From Pseudomonadota bacterium (GTDB lineage: Bacteria > Bdellovibrionota_C > UBA2361 > OMII01), in the NCBI GenBank assembly GCA_900299055.1, contig OMII01000052.1, forward strand, positions 1-41,239: DNA of 41,239 nt, written 5' to 3'. The notes beneath the pieces were generated by a model that worked only from the letters and a program-made list of their open reading frames with translations, searched no databases and was not told the origin of the DNA. A program made the position numbers and the translations under genes. Below are positions 1 through 7,909 of this stretch, piece after piece; within the stretch, counting starts at the first letter, position 1, and every line of letters starts with the position of its first letter.

Positions 1-31
1 GGAGATTGCCTCTGGAACACTCCTGCTTGTA

Positions 32-898
32 GTGCCGGACATCGGGGCGCAATCGGGGAATCAAGTTGAGCCTGACCGGATTGCACCACAAGTAACGACT
101 GAGGTGGCGGCAAGTTCTCGTATCGTGTCGGTAGAAAATGCGCATAGCGCGGCAGTGCCAGAGCAAGTGAGAGGCGCTGCGTATAACGCGTACTTTTCGG
201 GGCCAACGAAGGTAATTGCCTCACGAGCTATTAGAGCGGGAGAACCCATCGCGATCGATTATTCGCGAAAGTCTTGGTCTGTTTCGGATCGATACGATTC
301 TCATCAGTCTGCGCTATCAGCGGGTGCTAGTGTTGTAGTTTCATTTCTTCAGAACGCTCTGCGCAATGAATGGGGGGCAGCGGTGGTATCGTTTACCTCG
401 GCTATTCCGAGCAATCTTCTCTCGTGTGTGATCGTCGTTTGGGGGGCGGAGTGGCTTAAAAAGAATCAAGTGTTTGAGTCGGAAGCTGCCTACATATCGG
501 CAGTTTCGATCTTAACGGGGTTTATCGGGTACGCGACGTATCTCCTTGGCTACTACGGTGGAATGCTACTCAAGGAACGTGCTGATATGCGCGAGAATGG
601 AGTTTTTTCTTGGAGTAAATTCAAGCGCAAGTGGCGGGTGATTTGGTATGACTTTGTTATTCATCTCCCTTCTGATGTTTATTCTCTGCCGCTTCTGAGT
701 GCAAGTCAGGGTGGAATGTACGTAGCGGGCGTATCGCAGTTCTGGTCTATCTTCTGGGCCCAGGCGATAGCTGACGCGTTTTCAGCTGTAAAAGAGCCAT
801 TTTTCTGGCACGGCGCTAAGAAGCTCGCTGAGTTCACCGAGCGCAAAGCTGCTAATGTTGATTCGGTTTTCATAGACGATCGTGCCGCGAATGACTAA
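32..898 (+). CDS. hypothetical multi-pass membrane protein (possibly 5'-truncated by the window edge)
   Basis: 288-aa ORF from GTG at 32. The frame has no stop back to position 2, so the gene may begin upstream of the window. Hydrophobic segments include VVSFTSAIPSNLLSCVIVVWG, YISAVSILTGFIGYATYLLGYYGGML and SQFWSIFWAQAIADAF. No family motif recognised. Confidence 0.45.
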   Translation: MPDIGAQSGNQVEPDRIAPQVTTEVAASSRIVSVENAHSAAVPEQVRGAAYNAYFSGPTKVIASRAIRAGEPIAIDYSRKSWSVSDRYDSHQSALSAGASVVVSFLQNALRNEWGAAVVSFTSAIPSNLLSCVIVVWGAEWLKKNQVFESEAAYISAVSILTGFIGYATYLLGYYGGMLLKERADMRENGVFSWSKFKRKWRVIWYDFVIHLPSDVYSLPLLSASQGGMYVAGVSQFWSIFWAQAIADAFSAVKEPFFWHGAKKLAEFTERKAANVDSVFIDDRAAND

Positions 899-1149
899 GT
901 TGTGCAGTACATAGCTCGATGCTACCTCCGTAGGAGTATCGGCGTTAGCTGGTAGTGTTTGTTCCACGAGGAGTGTAGTCAGAAAGTCGAAGGATATCGC
1001 TCGTGTGATTTAGCAGCGAGCGCGCGCACGAGATGAGGCACGCTAGTAAGTAATAACAGAGAAAAAACGAGGCAGAATAAGAAGAGGCTTCTCTCGAATC
1101 GACCTCTTTCTAGTTGCTACCACCTTATCGCTCATGTCACGCTGTCTTC

Positions 1150-2157
1150 ATGCCACAAGCCCAGATAGTTGCAAGAAGCGCTCTTACCAACGCCACGTTT
1201 CGGCCAATTCTTGGCGACGTAACCCAGCAGGCCGGCGTCGCAGTTCATCCCTGGCGCATTGAAAATCGTCTACATCTCTCAGAGGAGGAGCTCGCGTGTG
1301 CGTGCGTTCTATTGGACCACGCACGTCATCAGCAGTTCTTCGCAGCCTCGCCGTGTAGAAGCCAGTTCAAAGTAGGGTCGAGTGTATATTGTGGTCAGGG
1401 GCGAATCGCACGTGGTTCAAACGCCGAATATGGCGCTGGTCCCCGTCGTGCGTACGATGAAGGGGTTCACTCTGAGGAGGTCGCGATAGTAAATGCTCTC
1501 AACCATCACGGCCGAGATGCATTGATGGAGATGATCGGACTGGCTTCAGACGCGGTAACTCCCTCGACCTCATGCGGCAAGTGTCGGTCGCTCCTTGAGA
1601 CATATGGTAAGCCGGACATGATAATTGTATCGGTTGGCACCGATCTCAGTGCTACGATGTGGAAGCTCTCGGAGCTTCTTCCTACAGAGCTTACTTCACT
1701 ATCTCGATTCCCTGCGCCAGAGATTCATGATGAGCACGTGCAAGCACTTTTTGCAGCTGCGGAACGGGCTCGTCACGTTGGTTTTGTTCCCTTCTCCAAG
1801 CAATCGTTAGGGGGTTCTGTTGCGGCCATAGCTGCTAAGGGCTCAGTATTTTCACTTCCCAGAATTGATTCACTTGCTTTCTACGGAACAAGCTCACTTC
1901 GCGCGACTCTGTCAGCGGTACTCCTTCACAATCCCAGGAAGCTAGAATGCGTGCTTATGTCATCGCAATCTGGACTGCCCACTGGCGAAGACCGACAGCT
2001 ACTCTTTGAGTTTGCGAGTCTCTTTGAACAGGTAGATACTCTTCGAGTGTACCTGCACAAAGAGGGCACCCAGAGCGTCATCGCTACAACCCCAAGTGCA
2101 TTGCTTCCGCTTGGGTTTGGGCCACACGACCTCGATATGAACCTAGCCCGCACGTGA
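1150..2157 (+). CDS. cdd: cytidine deaminase, two-domain (E. coli Cdd-like) type
   Basis: VHSEEVAI (H-x-E zinc/catalytic motif) and TSCGKCRSLLE (C-x-x-C zinc motif) are spaced as in cytidine deaminases. SPCRSQFKVGSS resembles the PYSxFxVGA segment. A second motif-less CDA-like half (VPFSKQSLGGSVAA...) matches the 'broken' C-terminal domain of E. coli Cdd. ATG at 1150 is preferred over the TTG at 1114 used by the ORF track. Confidence 0.65.
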   Translation: MPQAQIVARSALTNATFRPILGDVTQQAGVAVHPWRIENRLHLSEEELACACVLLDHARHQQFFAASPCRSQFKVGSSVYCGQGRIARGSNAEYGAGPRRAYDEGVHSEEVAIVNALNHHGRDALMEMIGLASDAVTPSTSCGKCRSLLETYGKPDMIIVSVGTDLSATMWKLSELLPTELTSLSRFPAPEIHDEHVQALFAAAERARHVGFVPFSKQSLGGSVAAIAAKGSVFSLPRIDSLAFYGTSSLRATLSAVLLHNPRKLECVLMSSQSGLPTGEDRQLLFEFASLFEQVDTLRVYLHKEGTQSVIATTPSALLPLGFGPHDLDMNLART

Positions 2158-2332
2158 TTACAGCAAAAGATGTCTGCAAAAAGTGCGGTGAAATGTGGTA
2201 GCAAGCCTTTGAGCTGCAGCACCGAATACCAAAGGTGAGAGGGCTGTCACGCCGTCTACGAGCCGATACTATTGGCTTGCAGCAGTAGACCCGGAGCCCT
2301 CACACCAGAAGCACTTTTTACGTCTCGATTTA

Positions 2333-2362
2333 GGCGGCGTTAATCGAGGATTACGCGCCGCC
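2333..2362. terminator. GC-rich hairpin between convergent genes (terminator-like, no clear T-run)
   Basis: GGCGGCG-T-TAATC-GAG-GATTA-CG-CGCCGCC lies between the cdd stop (2157) and the stop of the minus-strand gene (2375). It has 7+5 bp of pairing and lacks a U-tract. Confidence 0.3.
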
Positions 2363-2374
2363 ACTCAGCGCTTT

Positions 2375-2806
2375 CTATTGTGGGCCCGCAAGCTGTCCAC
2401 TTTGTGGTAGCGCTGGAGGTAACTGCGGTATCGGCCGCAAGGCTGGCCATTCATATCGGAAGAGGGGAGGCCGTGTGCTGATCACATCCTCAAAACATTG
2501 CCTGGCATCGTAGCCAGCGATCGTACACCAGTCGTGAAACTGTTTGAGTAGACATCCACCTTTCGCACCTTGGAATCGAGAGTTGGGCGGACAGCAGGTT
2601 TTTATATCTCCTGAATCGTTAAAGCACTCTATACACTTATTTAACTTTTGTATCTCTTGAGGAGTAGAGGGGCACTGAGACTTAAACGCAAAGGAGGGTT
2701 GCTCACCCTGCGCACTTAGTGGGGATGAGCCCACGAGTGCGATACAGAGGTAGGCAAACAATACGGGAAGCTTGAGTGGGCGTGTTGTAGAAATATCTGA
2801 TTTCAT
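2375..2806 (-). CDS. small secreted cysteine-rich protein (hypothetical)
   Basis: ATG at 2806 is preceded by AGGAGG (cttcAGGAGGtttaATG). Signal-peptide-like N-terminus: MKSDISTTRPLKLPVLFAYLCIALVGSSPLSAQ. The mature part has 8 Cys (QCP, KCIEC, TCCPP, GGCLL, DWC, RQC) and a Pro-rich tail. The longer ORF-track start at 2923 has no SD. Confidence 0.55.
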   Translation of the reverse strand: MKSDISTTRPLKLPVLFAYLCIALVGSSPLSAQGEQPSFAFKSQCPSTPQEIQKLNKCIECFNDSGDIKTCCPPNSRFQGAKGGCLLKQFHDWCTIAGYDARQCFEDVISTRPPLFRYEWPALRPIPQLPPALPQSGQLAGPQ

Positions 2807-2959
2807 TAAACCTCCTGAAGAATTACCGTGGGTTGCCCAGCTCTCCCATGTAAGTTCGACCAAAGAGAGAGAAAACTTTAGAGGTATTTTTAAGAATCTC
2901 GAAAATTCTGGACCAAAAGTCATTCCTGCGTTTACGTAGCTACTTTCAGAGGGCTCTCC

Positions 2960-3039
2960 TTCTCCTGTACCCGGGCTACCGCATAAGCGAGTAATAGATC
3001 GAGCCGAAGAGCTAGGTGAAAATCAACTGAGGGATGAGT
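2960..3039. repeat. 80-bp dispersed direct repeat, copy A
   Basis: TTCT(C)CTGTACCCGGGCTACCGCATAAGCGAGTAATAGATCGAGC(C)GAA(G)AGCTAGGTGAAAATCAACTGAGGGATGAGT matches 6624..6703 in the same orientation at a constant offset of 3664 bp. There are 3 mismatches (2964, 3005, 3009). It contains the small near-palindrome GTACCCGGGCTAC (2967-2979). Confidence 0.9.
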
Positions 3040-3068
3040 TCCCAGAGAGAAAAGGAAGCGAGGATATA

Positions 3069-4115
3069 TTATTTTCTCGCGCGGCTCTTTCCCGATTTAG
3101 CGCAGCGAAAACCGATATGCGACATTCCCGTGTCTGGCGGCGTTCCTCGCCTGGCCGATGGGCGATAGCTCTCGCAGTAGCTAATGTGACAGAGAAACGA
3201 TCCTCCCTTGGTGACTCTCTCTTCTTGTCTGGGATTGATCGGATTCCAACTGTGGCTTGGTCCTGCTGGGTTGTGGCATGAGGGTTCGTGTGAACGCAGC
3301 ACGAATGTGTCGGGCCGGTACCAATCGTTACACCACTGCCAGACGTTTCCTACTATGTCATAGAGTCCATAGCCGTTCGGAGGGAAAGACTTGACGGGCG
3401 CCGTGCCAATAAATCCATCTTCACCAGTATTTCGGTAGGGAAAGTCTCCCTGCCAGGTGTTTGCCATGAACGTGCCATCGCGCTTGTCTGTGTCACCCCA
3501 CGGAAACTTTTTACCTTCGAGACCGCCTCTTGAGGCGAACTCCCATTCGGCCTCGGTCGGAAGACGCTTCCCGGCCCATCTCGCGTACGCAGCGGCGTCA
3601 AACCATGATACCTGCACGACTGGGTGATTCATACGATCGGCTATCGAGCTCTGCGGTCCCTCGGGATGTCTCCAACTGGCGCCGGGAACCCAGCGCCAGA
3701 AATTACGCATATCGCTTCGATCGACTGGTCCATCAGAGGGGGTAAAGACCATAGAGCCCGCAACCATCGTTGATTCGTGCGGCTTCGGCGCGCCCGGTGG
3801 CAGCTGTTTCTTTAGTTCCTCCCACGTAGGCGCTTTCTCAGCTGTCGTGATATAGCCGGTCGCTGCCACGAACCTCTCAAACTCGGCGTTGGTCACTGTG
3901 TGCTCGTCTATCCAAAATCCATCGACGTGCACAGTGTGTGGCGGTCCCTCGTTGTGCCGACTGCTGTCGTCTCGGCTCCCCATCGTGAAGCTGCCTGCTG
4001 GTATCCACACCATGCCTGCGGGAGTGACCGCCGCTCTCTTTGTTTCGGCGATACTCGAGTCGGGCAGCCAGAGGCATAAAGATAAGCAGCACGCGACGAG
4101 TCCGAAAAATCGCAT
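3069..4115 (-). CDS. formylglycine-generating enzyme (FGE / SUMF1 family), secreted
   Basis: MVWIPAGSFTMGS, HxVxVDGFWIDEHTVTNAEF, GNVWQWCNDWY, RVTKGGSFLC and GFRCA are hallmark FGE-sulfatase domain segments. N-terminal signal peptide: MRFFGLVACCLSLCLWLPDSSIA. An AGGAG SD lies 7 nt before the ATG and overlaps the stop of the upstream barrel gene. Confidence 0.9.
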   Translation of the reverse strand: MRFFGLVACCLSLCLWLPDSSIAETKRAAVTPAGMVWIPAGSFTMGSRDDSSRHNEGPPHTVHVDGFWIDEHTVTNAEFERFVAATGYITTAEKAPTWEELKKQLPPGAPKPHESTMVAGSMVFTPSDGPVDRSDMRNFWRWVPGASWRHPEGPQSSIADRMNHPVVQVSWFDAAAYARWAGKRLPTEAEWEFASRGGLEGKKFPWGDTDKRDGTFMANTWQGDFPYRNTGEDGFIGTAPVKSFPPNGYGLYDIVGNVWQWCNDWYRPDTFVLRSHEPSCHNPAGPSHSWNPINPRQEERVTKGGSFLCHISYCESYRPSARRGTPPDTGMSHIGFRCAKSGKSRARK

Positions 4116-4125
4116 CAGGATGCTC

Positions 4126-4881
4126 CTAGAAGCGCAGTATCAAACCGAGAAGGGGCCCCTGCGTAATTGTGTCGTACTGAAAATGGGAGGAGGTTCCACT
4201 CACGCCGCGCTCGTAATCTACGCCGAGTGCCTTGTAGAGCAGCGCCACTGACGTTGACGCGGACGCGTCCCAAAGGAGCCCAGCCTGCGCGCACCAGGTA
4301 AACTTCGACGCGGCACTGAATCCTCCAACGTCTCCCTGGAGCACTAATCTGAACTGCTCGTTGATGCGCGGCAGCCAGCGCGTACCGATCACGGGGTCGA
4401 CCCAACCCTCATCGCGACTGTAGCTGCGGCTTCCAAGAGGTGTCTTGGCGTCGAGGTCGATACCGATATCCCACCAACGCACGCCCGCATAGAGATCAAC
4501 GCTTCCTCCTTGATAGTCAACACGATAGGTTCCAAAGCCTTCTAGAATGCCCTGAAAGATGTCAGTGTTGACGTCGGTGTAGCCTAAGGGGCCAGAAAAA
4601 TCTTGCCCCAGGTCCGTAAAGGCGTAATTGACCATGGCTCCGTAGCCGCTTGAGTGTCGCGCCTCGAGTTGAAGCATCGCGCCGAGCTCGAGAGAGTTAA
4701 GGATATCTGACCCGGAGACATCCACCTCGGCGTTATCGATCCTTCCGAGCGACGCGTCTCCCGTGATGCTGGGGACGAGAAGATACGGTGCCACCACGAA
4801 GTTCCAGTCGTCCGCGGATGCTGTTATAGGGGCCGATAGGGCACATAGAGCTGATGCGAGTGAGGCGATATACTTGCGCAT
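4126..4881 (-). CDS. outer-membrane beta-barrel protein (family not assigned)
   Basis: Signal peptide MRKYIASLASALCALSAPITASA. Alternating hydrophobic/polar strands rich in G/Y/D, and a C-terminal aromatic residue (…LILRF). Its stop is 10 nt upstream of the FGE start, so they are probably co-transcribed. Confidence 0.6.
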   Translation of the reverse strand: MRKYIASLASALCALSAPITASADDWNFVVAPYLLVPSITGDASLGRIDNAEVDVSGSDILNSLELGAMLQLEARHSSGYGAMVNYAFTDLGQDFSGPLGYTDVNTDIFQGILEGFGTYRVDYQGGSVDLYAGVRWWDIGIDLDAKTPLGSRSYSRDEGWVDPVIGTRWLPRINEQFRLVLQGDVGGFSAASKFTWCAQAGLLWDASASTSVALLYKALGVDYERGVSGTSSHFQYDTITQGPLLGLILRF

Positions 4882-5060
4882 AGTTTTTACGAATGACTAT
4901 TGAATCGTTCAATACCGTGGCTGGTAGCTCCCGATACGATAGCGATAACTATATGAGTTAGAAAGGTGTTTCGTGTGGGGCTGGGTAATAAATGCTCTTG
5001 ATCTTGAGAGCATTTGTAAGAGAATGCTCGTGTCCACGGACCAACATTCTGGAGTAGGTG

Positions 5061-6620
5061 ATGAAATTAACGACCTTCATGAGAGTGGCGCTTGGCGCCG
5101 TTTTATCGGTGGCCGCGATCAGTTCTGATTTCGCCGCTGCGCAGACGAAATCTAAGAAACCTAACATCCTCGTTATTTGGGGTGATGATATCGGAGGATT
5201 TAATGTCAGCGCCTACAATATGGGCATGATGGGGTATAAGACCCCGAACATCGATCGGATCGCGAAAGAAGGCGCTCTCTTCACCGACTGGTACGGTCAG
5301 CAGAGTTGCACAGCGGGTCGAGCGGCGTTCATCACTGGCCAGTCACCGATTCGCACTGGTTTAACCAAGGTTGGTCTTCCTGGCGCTCCAGAGGGAATGA
5401 AGAAGGAAGATCCAACGATCGCCGAGTTGCTCAAGGCGCAAGGATACGCAACCGGACAGTTCGGTAAAAACCATCTTGGTGACCGAGATGAGATGCTTCC
5501 AACGGCGCACGGCTTCGATGAGTTTTTCGGCAATCTCTATCACCTAAACGCGGAAGAGGAGCCGGAGCATCCCGACTATCCAAAGAGCGCTGATTTTAAG
5601 AAGCGATTTGGTCCGCGTGGCGTCATGCACAGCTTTGCTGATGGTCGTGTAGAAGATACTGGTCCACTGACGAAAAAGCGCATGGAGACTATCGACGAAG
5701 AGGTAAACGCGAAGACGGTTGACTTCATGCAGCGCGCGGTCAAGGCGGAGAAGCCGTTTTTTGTTTGGTGGAACTCCACAAAGATGCATATTTTTACCCA
5801 CCTCAAGGATGGTGTGGCTGGAAAGACGGGCTTAGGTATCTATGCCGATGGAATGGTCGAACACGACCGTCAGATCGGCGAGATATTAGCCAAGCTCAAG
5901 GAGCTTGGAGTAGAGGAAAACACCATCGTCATGTACTCGACGGATAACGGCGCGGAGGCCTTTACGTGGCCAGATGGCGGAACGACGATGTTCCGCGGAG
6001 AGAAGAACACGCAGTGGGAGGGTGGTTATCGAGTGCCGTGCGCGATTAAGTGGCCCGGCGTAATCAAGCCTGGCACGGTCGTGAATGATATTGGCGCGCA
6101 CGAGGATATGATGCCGACGTTACTTGCGGCGGCTGGTGATACCACGGCTAAGGATGAGCTGCTGAAGGGGAGAAAGGTCGGCGCGCGAAGCTATAAGGTT
6201 CACCTAGATGGTTACAACCTCTTGCCGGCGTTGCAGGGCTCAGAGGCATGGCCGCGCAAAGATTTCATCTACTTCACGGATGATGGTGACGTAGCGGCTT
6301 TGCGGTATGAGAACTGGAAGATCACGTTCCTCAAGCAGAATGCGCATGGCATGCATGTGTGGCTTGAGCCGTTCGAGAGGCTACGGGCGCCACTCATCAC
6401 GAATTTGCGCATGGATCCGTTTGAGCTGGCTCATGACATCGGAATGGATTATCAGCGTTGGTTCCTAGAGCATATGTTCGTCATCGCTCCAGCGGGCGCG
6501 TATGTTGGACAGTGGTTGCAGAGCTTTAAGGAGTTCCCGCCACGTCAGAAGCCAGGAAGCTTCAATCTTGATCGCGTGATGGAGGCTCTTACGGCTCCAG
6601 CGGCGGGGGGTAAGGCGTAA
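5061..6620 (+). CDS. arylsulfatase, Cys-type (FGly-dependent), secreted
   Basis: PNILVIWGDDIGGFN metal-binding start. The sulfatase signature SCTAGRAAFITGQ is a C-x-A-x-R variant of C-x-P-x-R. Also GKNHLGD and YSTDNGAE. Signal peptide MKLTTFMRVALGAVLSVAAISSDFAAAQ. GGAG SD lies 6 nt before the ATG at 5061. Confidence 0.9.
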   Translation: MKLTTFMRVALGAVLSVAAISSDFAAAQTKSKKPNILVIWGDDIGGFNVSAYNMGMMGYKTPNIDRIAKEGALFTDWYGQQSCTAGRAAFITGQSPIRTGLTKVGLPGAPEGMKKEDPTIAELLKAQGYATGQFGKNHLGDRDEMLPTAHGFDEFFGNLYHLNAEEEPEHPDYPKSADFKKRFGPRGVMHSFADGRVEDTGPLTKKRMETIDEEVNAKTVDFMQRAVKAEKPFFVWWNSTKMHIFTHLKDGVAGKTGLGIYADGMVEHDRQIGEILAKLKELGVEENTIVMYSTDNGAEAFTWPDGGTTMFRGEKNTQWEGGYRVPCAIKWPGVIKPGTVVNDIGAHEDMMPTLLAAAGDTTAKDELLKGRKVGARSYKVHLDGYNLLPALQGSEAWPRKDFIYFTDDGDVAALRYENWKITFLKQNAHGMHVWLEPFERLRAPLITNLRMDPFELAHDIGMDYQRWFLEHMFVIAPAGAYVGQWLQSFKEFPPRQKPGSFNLDRVMEALTAPAAGGKA

Positions 6621-6623
6621 TTT

Positions 6624-6703
6624 TTCTTCTGTACCCGGGCTACCGCATAAGCGAGTAATAGATCGAGCTGAAAAGCTAGGTGAAAATCAACTGAGGGATG
6701 AGT
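6624..6703. repeat. 80-bp dispersed direct repeat, copy B
   Basis: 77/80 identical to 2960..3039 in the same orientation. It starts 4 nt after the sulfatase stop and lies 92 nt beyond the 3' end of the Y1 transposase gene. Confidence 0.9.
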
Positions 6704-6794
6704 CCTCATGCAACTTTCGAGCACTTGGCAGCGGATTGTAGATACACGTATGCGCCGCGAACCGGAGATCGCAAAGAACTGGCAGTTGGCGCGC

Positions 6795-7766
6795 CTAGCG
6801 CATAAGCGCATTAGCAAGCTTCGGCATAGAAGGTGGATACAACCCAGGGGGATACGGAACCGTAACATCCCCTAACTTCCACTGCTCTCGAACCGCTCTT
6901 GCCTTCTGCATGAGCAATCTGAAAAACCGTATAAACTCGACACGCACACTACGTTTCTCTGCGAGACACCACATCCGACGCCCCTTGCGTCTTGGGCGGT
7001 AGGTAATATCAAATACCTGTGCAATTAGGCGCTCTCTTCCAAGGACGCGCTTTTTCTCCAGAGTCCTCCGCTTCTCGGCGCGCAGCTCGAGCAACCTAAT
7101 ATGTGCCACCAGCTGCCGATTAAGTTCACCTTGTTCTTCTGGTAAGCGATAGCCAAAGGCTTCCAACCATGCGTTCGGCTCAAGGGTGAACGTCTGCACC
7201 TCATTTGAGGCAGCTAAGATCTCTTCGGCGAGCTTCGTATATCCACGGTGGTTGTTAGCATCTCGTGTGATAGCAGTAAATTGCGGACGTCTCAGCCGCT
7301 TCCAGTGGCGGGTGAACTTACCTGATTGAAACATTTTCCAAGAGGAGAACCCGGGGTACCTATCGATTGAGTTCTCTAAGTTGTCTTTGGCTGGATTCGC
7401 GTAGAGGTAAGCTATCGCTAGCAGTGCTCGCTTCGGGGTGAGAACGATCGGGCTGTCGTATCCCTCACACCAGAGAGTCCTTTTCTTCCGTCCCAGCAGC
7501 CCGTTAATCATGTGAGCAGACTCAGTTTTGAAATGCCGGAAGAAGGCATCTACGTGGTCTGGGTTTATGACGACTATAACGAGATGAATGTGTGTAGCCT
7601 CTACAATGATATGGCAGATTCGAACTGGGTAGAGTGCCCAAGCCGCAGCAAGGCAGCTCTTCACAATCGCCTGACACAACGGATTAGCCAGCAGCAGCAA
7701 TCCCTCCTCAAGGCTCAAAGTGCAAAACAACACACTTCCGTGTGGGTGGTATTTCATCTTTTCCAT
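6795..7766 (-). CDS. Y1 HUH tyrosine transposase (IS200-like / REP-associated RAYT-like) with long C-terminal extension
   Basis: HUH motif in EATHIHLVIVV. Downstream block LWCEGYDSPIVLTPKRALLAIAYLYANPAKDNL...YPGFSSW matches the W..gY.s...(x)n..YI.xNP..a.l....Y.wSS catalytic-Tyr helix of Y1_Tnp (PF01797) proteins. About 150 extra basic C-terminal residues. Confidence 0.8.
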   Translation of the reverse strand: MEKMKYHPHGSVLFCTLSLEEGLLLLANPLCQAIVKSCLAAAWALYPVRICHIIVEATHIHLVIVVINPDHVDAFFRHFKTESAHMINGLLGRKKRTLWCEGYDSPIVLTPKRALLAIAYLYANPAKDNLENSIDRYPGFSSWKMFQSGKFTRHWKRLRRPQFTAITRDANNHRGYTKLAEEILAASNEVQTFTLEPNAWLEAFGYRLPEEQGELNRQLVAHIRLLELRAEKRRTLEKKRVLGRERLIAQVFDITYRPRRKGRRMWCLAEKRSVRVEFIRFFRLLMQKARAVREQWKLGDVTVPYPPGLYPPSMPKLANALMR

Positions 7767-7805
7767 GAGAGACTGTTCGGGAAAACGATGGAGGAGTTGC
7801 TGATA

Positions 7806-7898
7806 GGGGCGGGAAAAGTAGCCCCACTACAGAGAAAGAAGTGGCCCCGCTACAGAGAAAGATAGTGGCGGGGGAAGTAGCCCCCCTACAGAGAAAAG
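7806..7898. repeat. three tandem hairpin-bearing repeat units upstream of the Y1 transposase
   Basis: GTAGCCCCACTACAGAGAAAGA (7818-7839), GTGGCCCCGCTACAGAGAAAGA (7841-7862), GTAGCCCCCCTACAGAGAAAAG (7877-7898). Units 1 and 3 are each preceded by G(G/T)GGCGGG..AA, which can pair with the C-run (GGGGC/GCCCC at 7806-7825; GGGGG/CCCCC at 7870-7885). Confidence 0.8.
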
Positions 7899-7909
7899 CC
7901 GGTCGTTCC

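Larger units (their letters stand above)
6624..7898 (-). mobile_element. candidate IS200/IS605-like or RAYT-type unit (hairpin array - tnpA - 80-bp repeat); boundaries hypothetical
   Basis: A single Y1 transposase gene has three GTAG-CCCCN-CTAC hairpin units on its 5' side. On its 3' side is the 80-bp repeat, which carries a related GTAC-CCGGG-CTAC hairpin. No terminal inverted repeats, as expected for this family. No second full copy in the window to define the ends. Confidence 0.3.

Noticed and set aside
1114-2157. Cytidine-deaminase-fold protein as an anti-phage dCTP deaminase or a DddA-like deaminase toxin
   Set aside because: The architecture matches the two-domain E. coli-type housekeeping Cdd. 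There is no kinase or toxin-delivery domain, immunity gene or secretion-system context.
2807-2923. 39-codon N-terminal extension of the Cys-rich protein ORF (ORF-track start 2923)
   Set aside because: The internal ATG at 2806 has a perfect AGGAGG and yields a canonical signal peptide. The extension has neither.
3046-3054. AGAGAAAAG after repeat copy A, resembling the CTACAGAGAAAAG tail of the transposase hairpin units
   Set aside because: A 9-mer match is roughly expected by chance in 2 x 41 kb, and the preceding hairpin is absent.
6545-6868. 107-aa minus-strand ORF spanning 80-bp repeat copy B
   Set aside because: It overlaps the sulfatase 3' end and the transposase 3' end. The equivalent reading through copy A is not part of an ORF, so the repeat is more likely non-coding.
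7610-7640. TTCGAAC-containing stretch checked as a possible tRNA T-arm
   Set aside because: It lies inside the transposase CDS with no acceptor or anticodon-stem complementarity around it. No other tRNA-like T-loop (GGTTCGAATCC type) was seen in the window.
7806-7898. Possible mini-CRISPR array (three ~22-bp repeats)
   Set aside because: Spacing between units is 1-14 bp rather than 30-40-bp unique spacers. There are only three imperfect units, no cas genes, and it sits next to a Y1 transposase, which explains hairpin repeats better.
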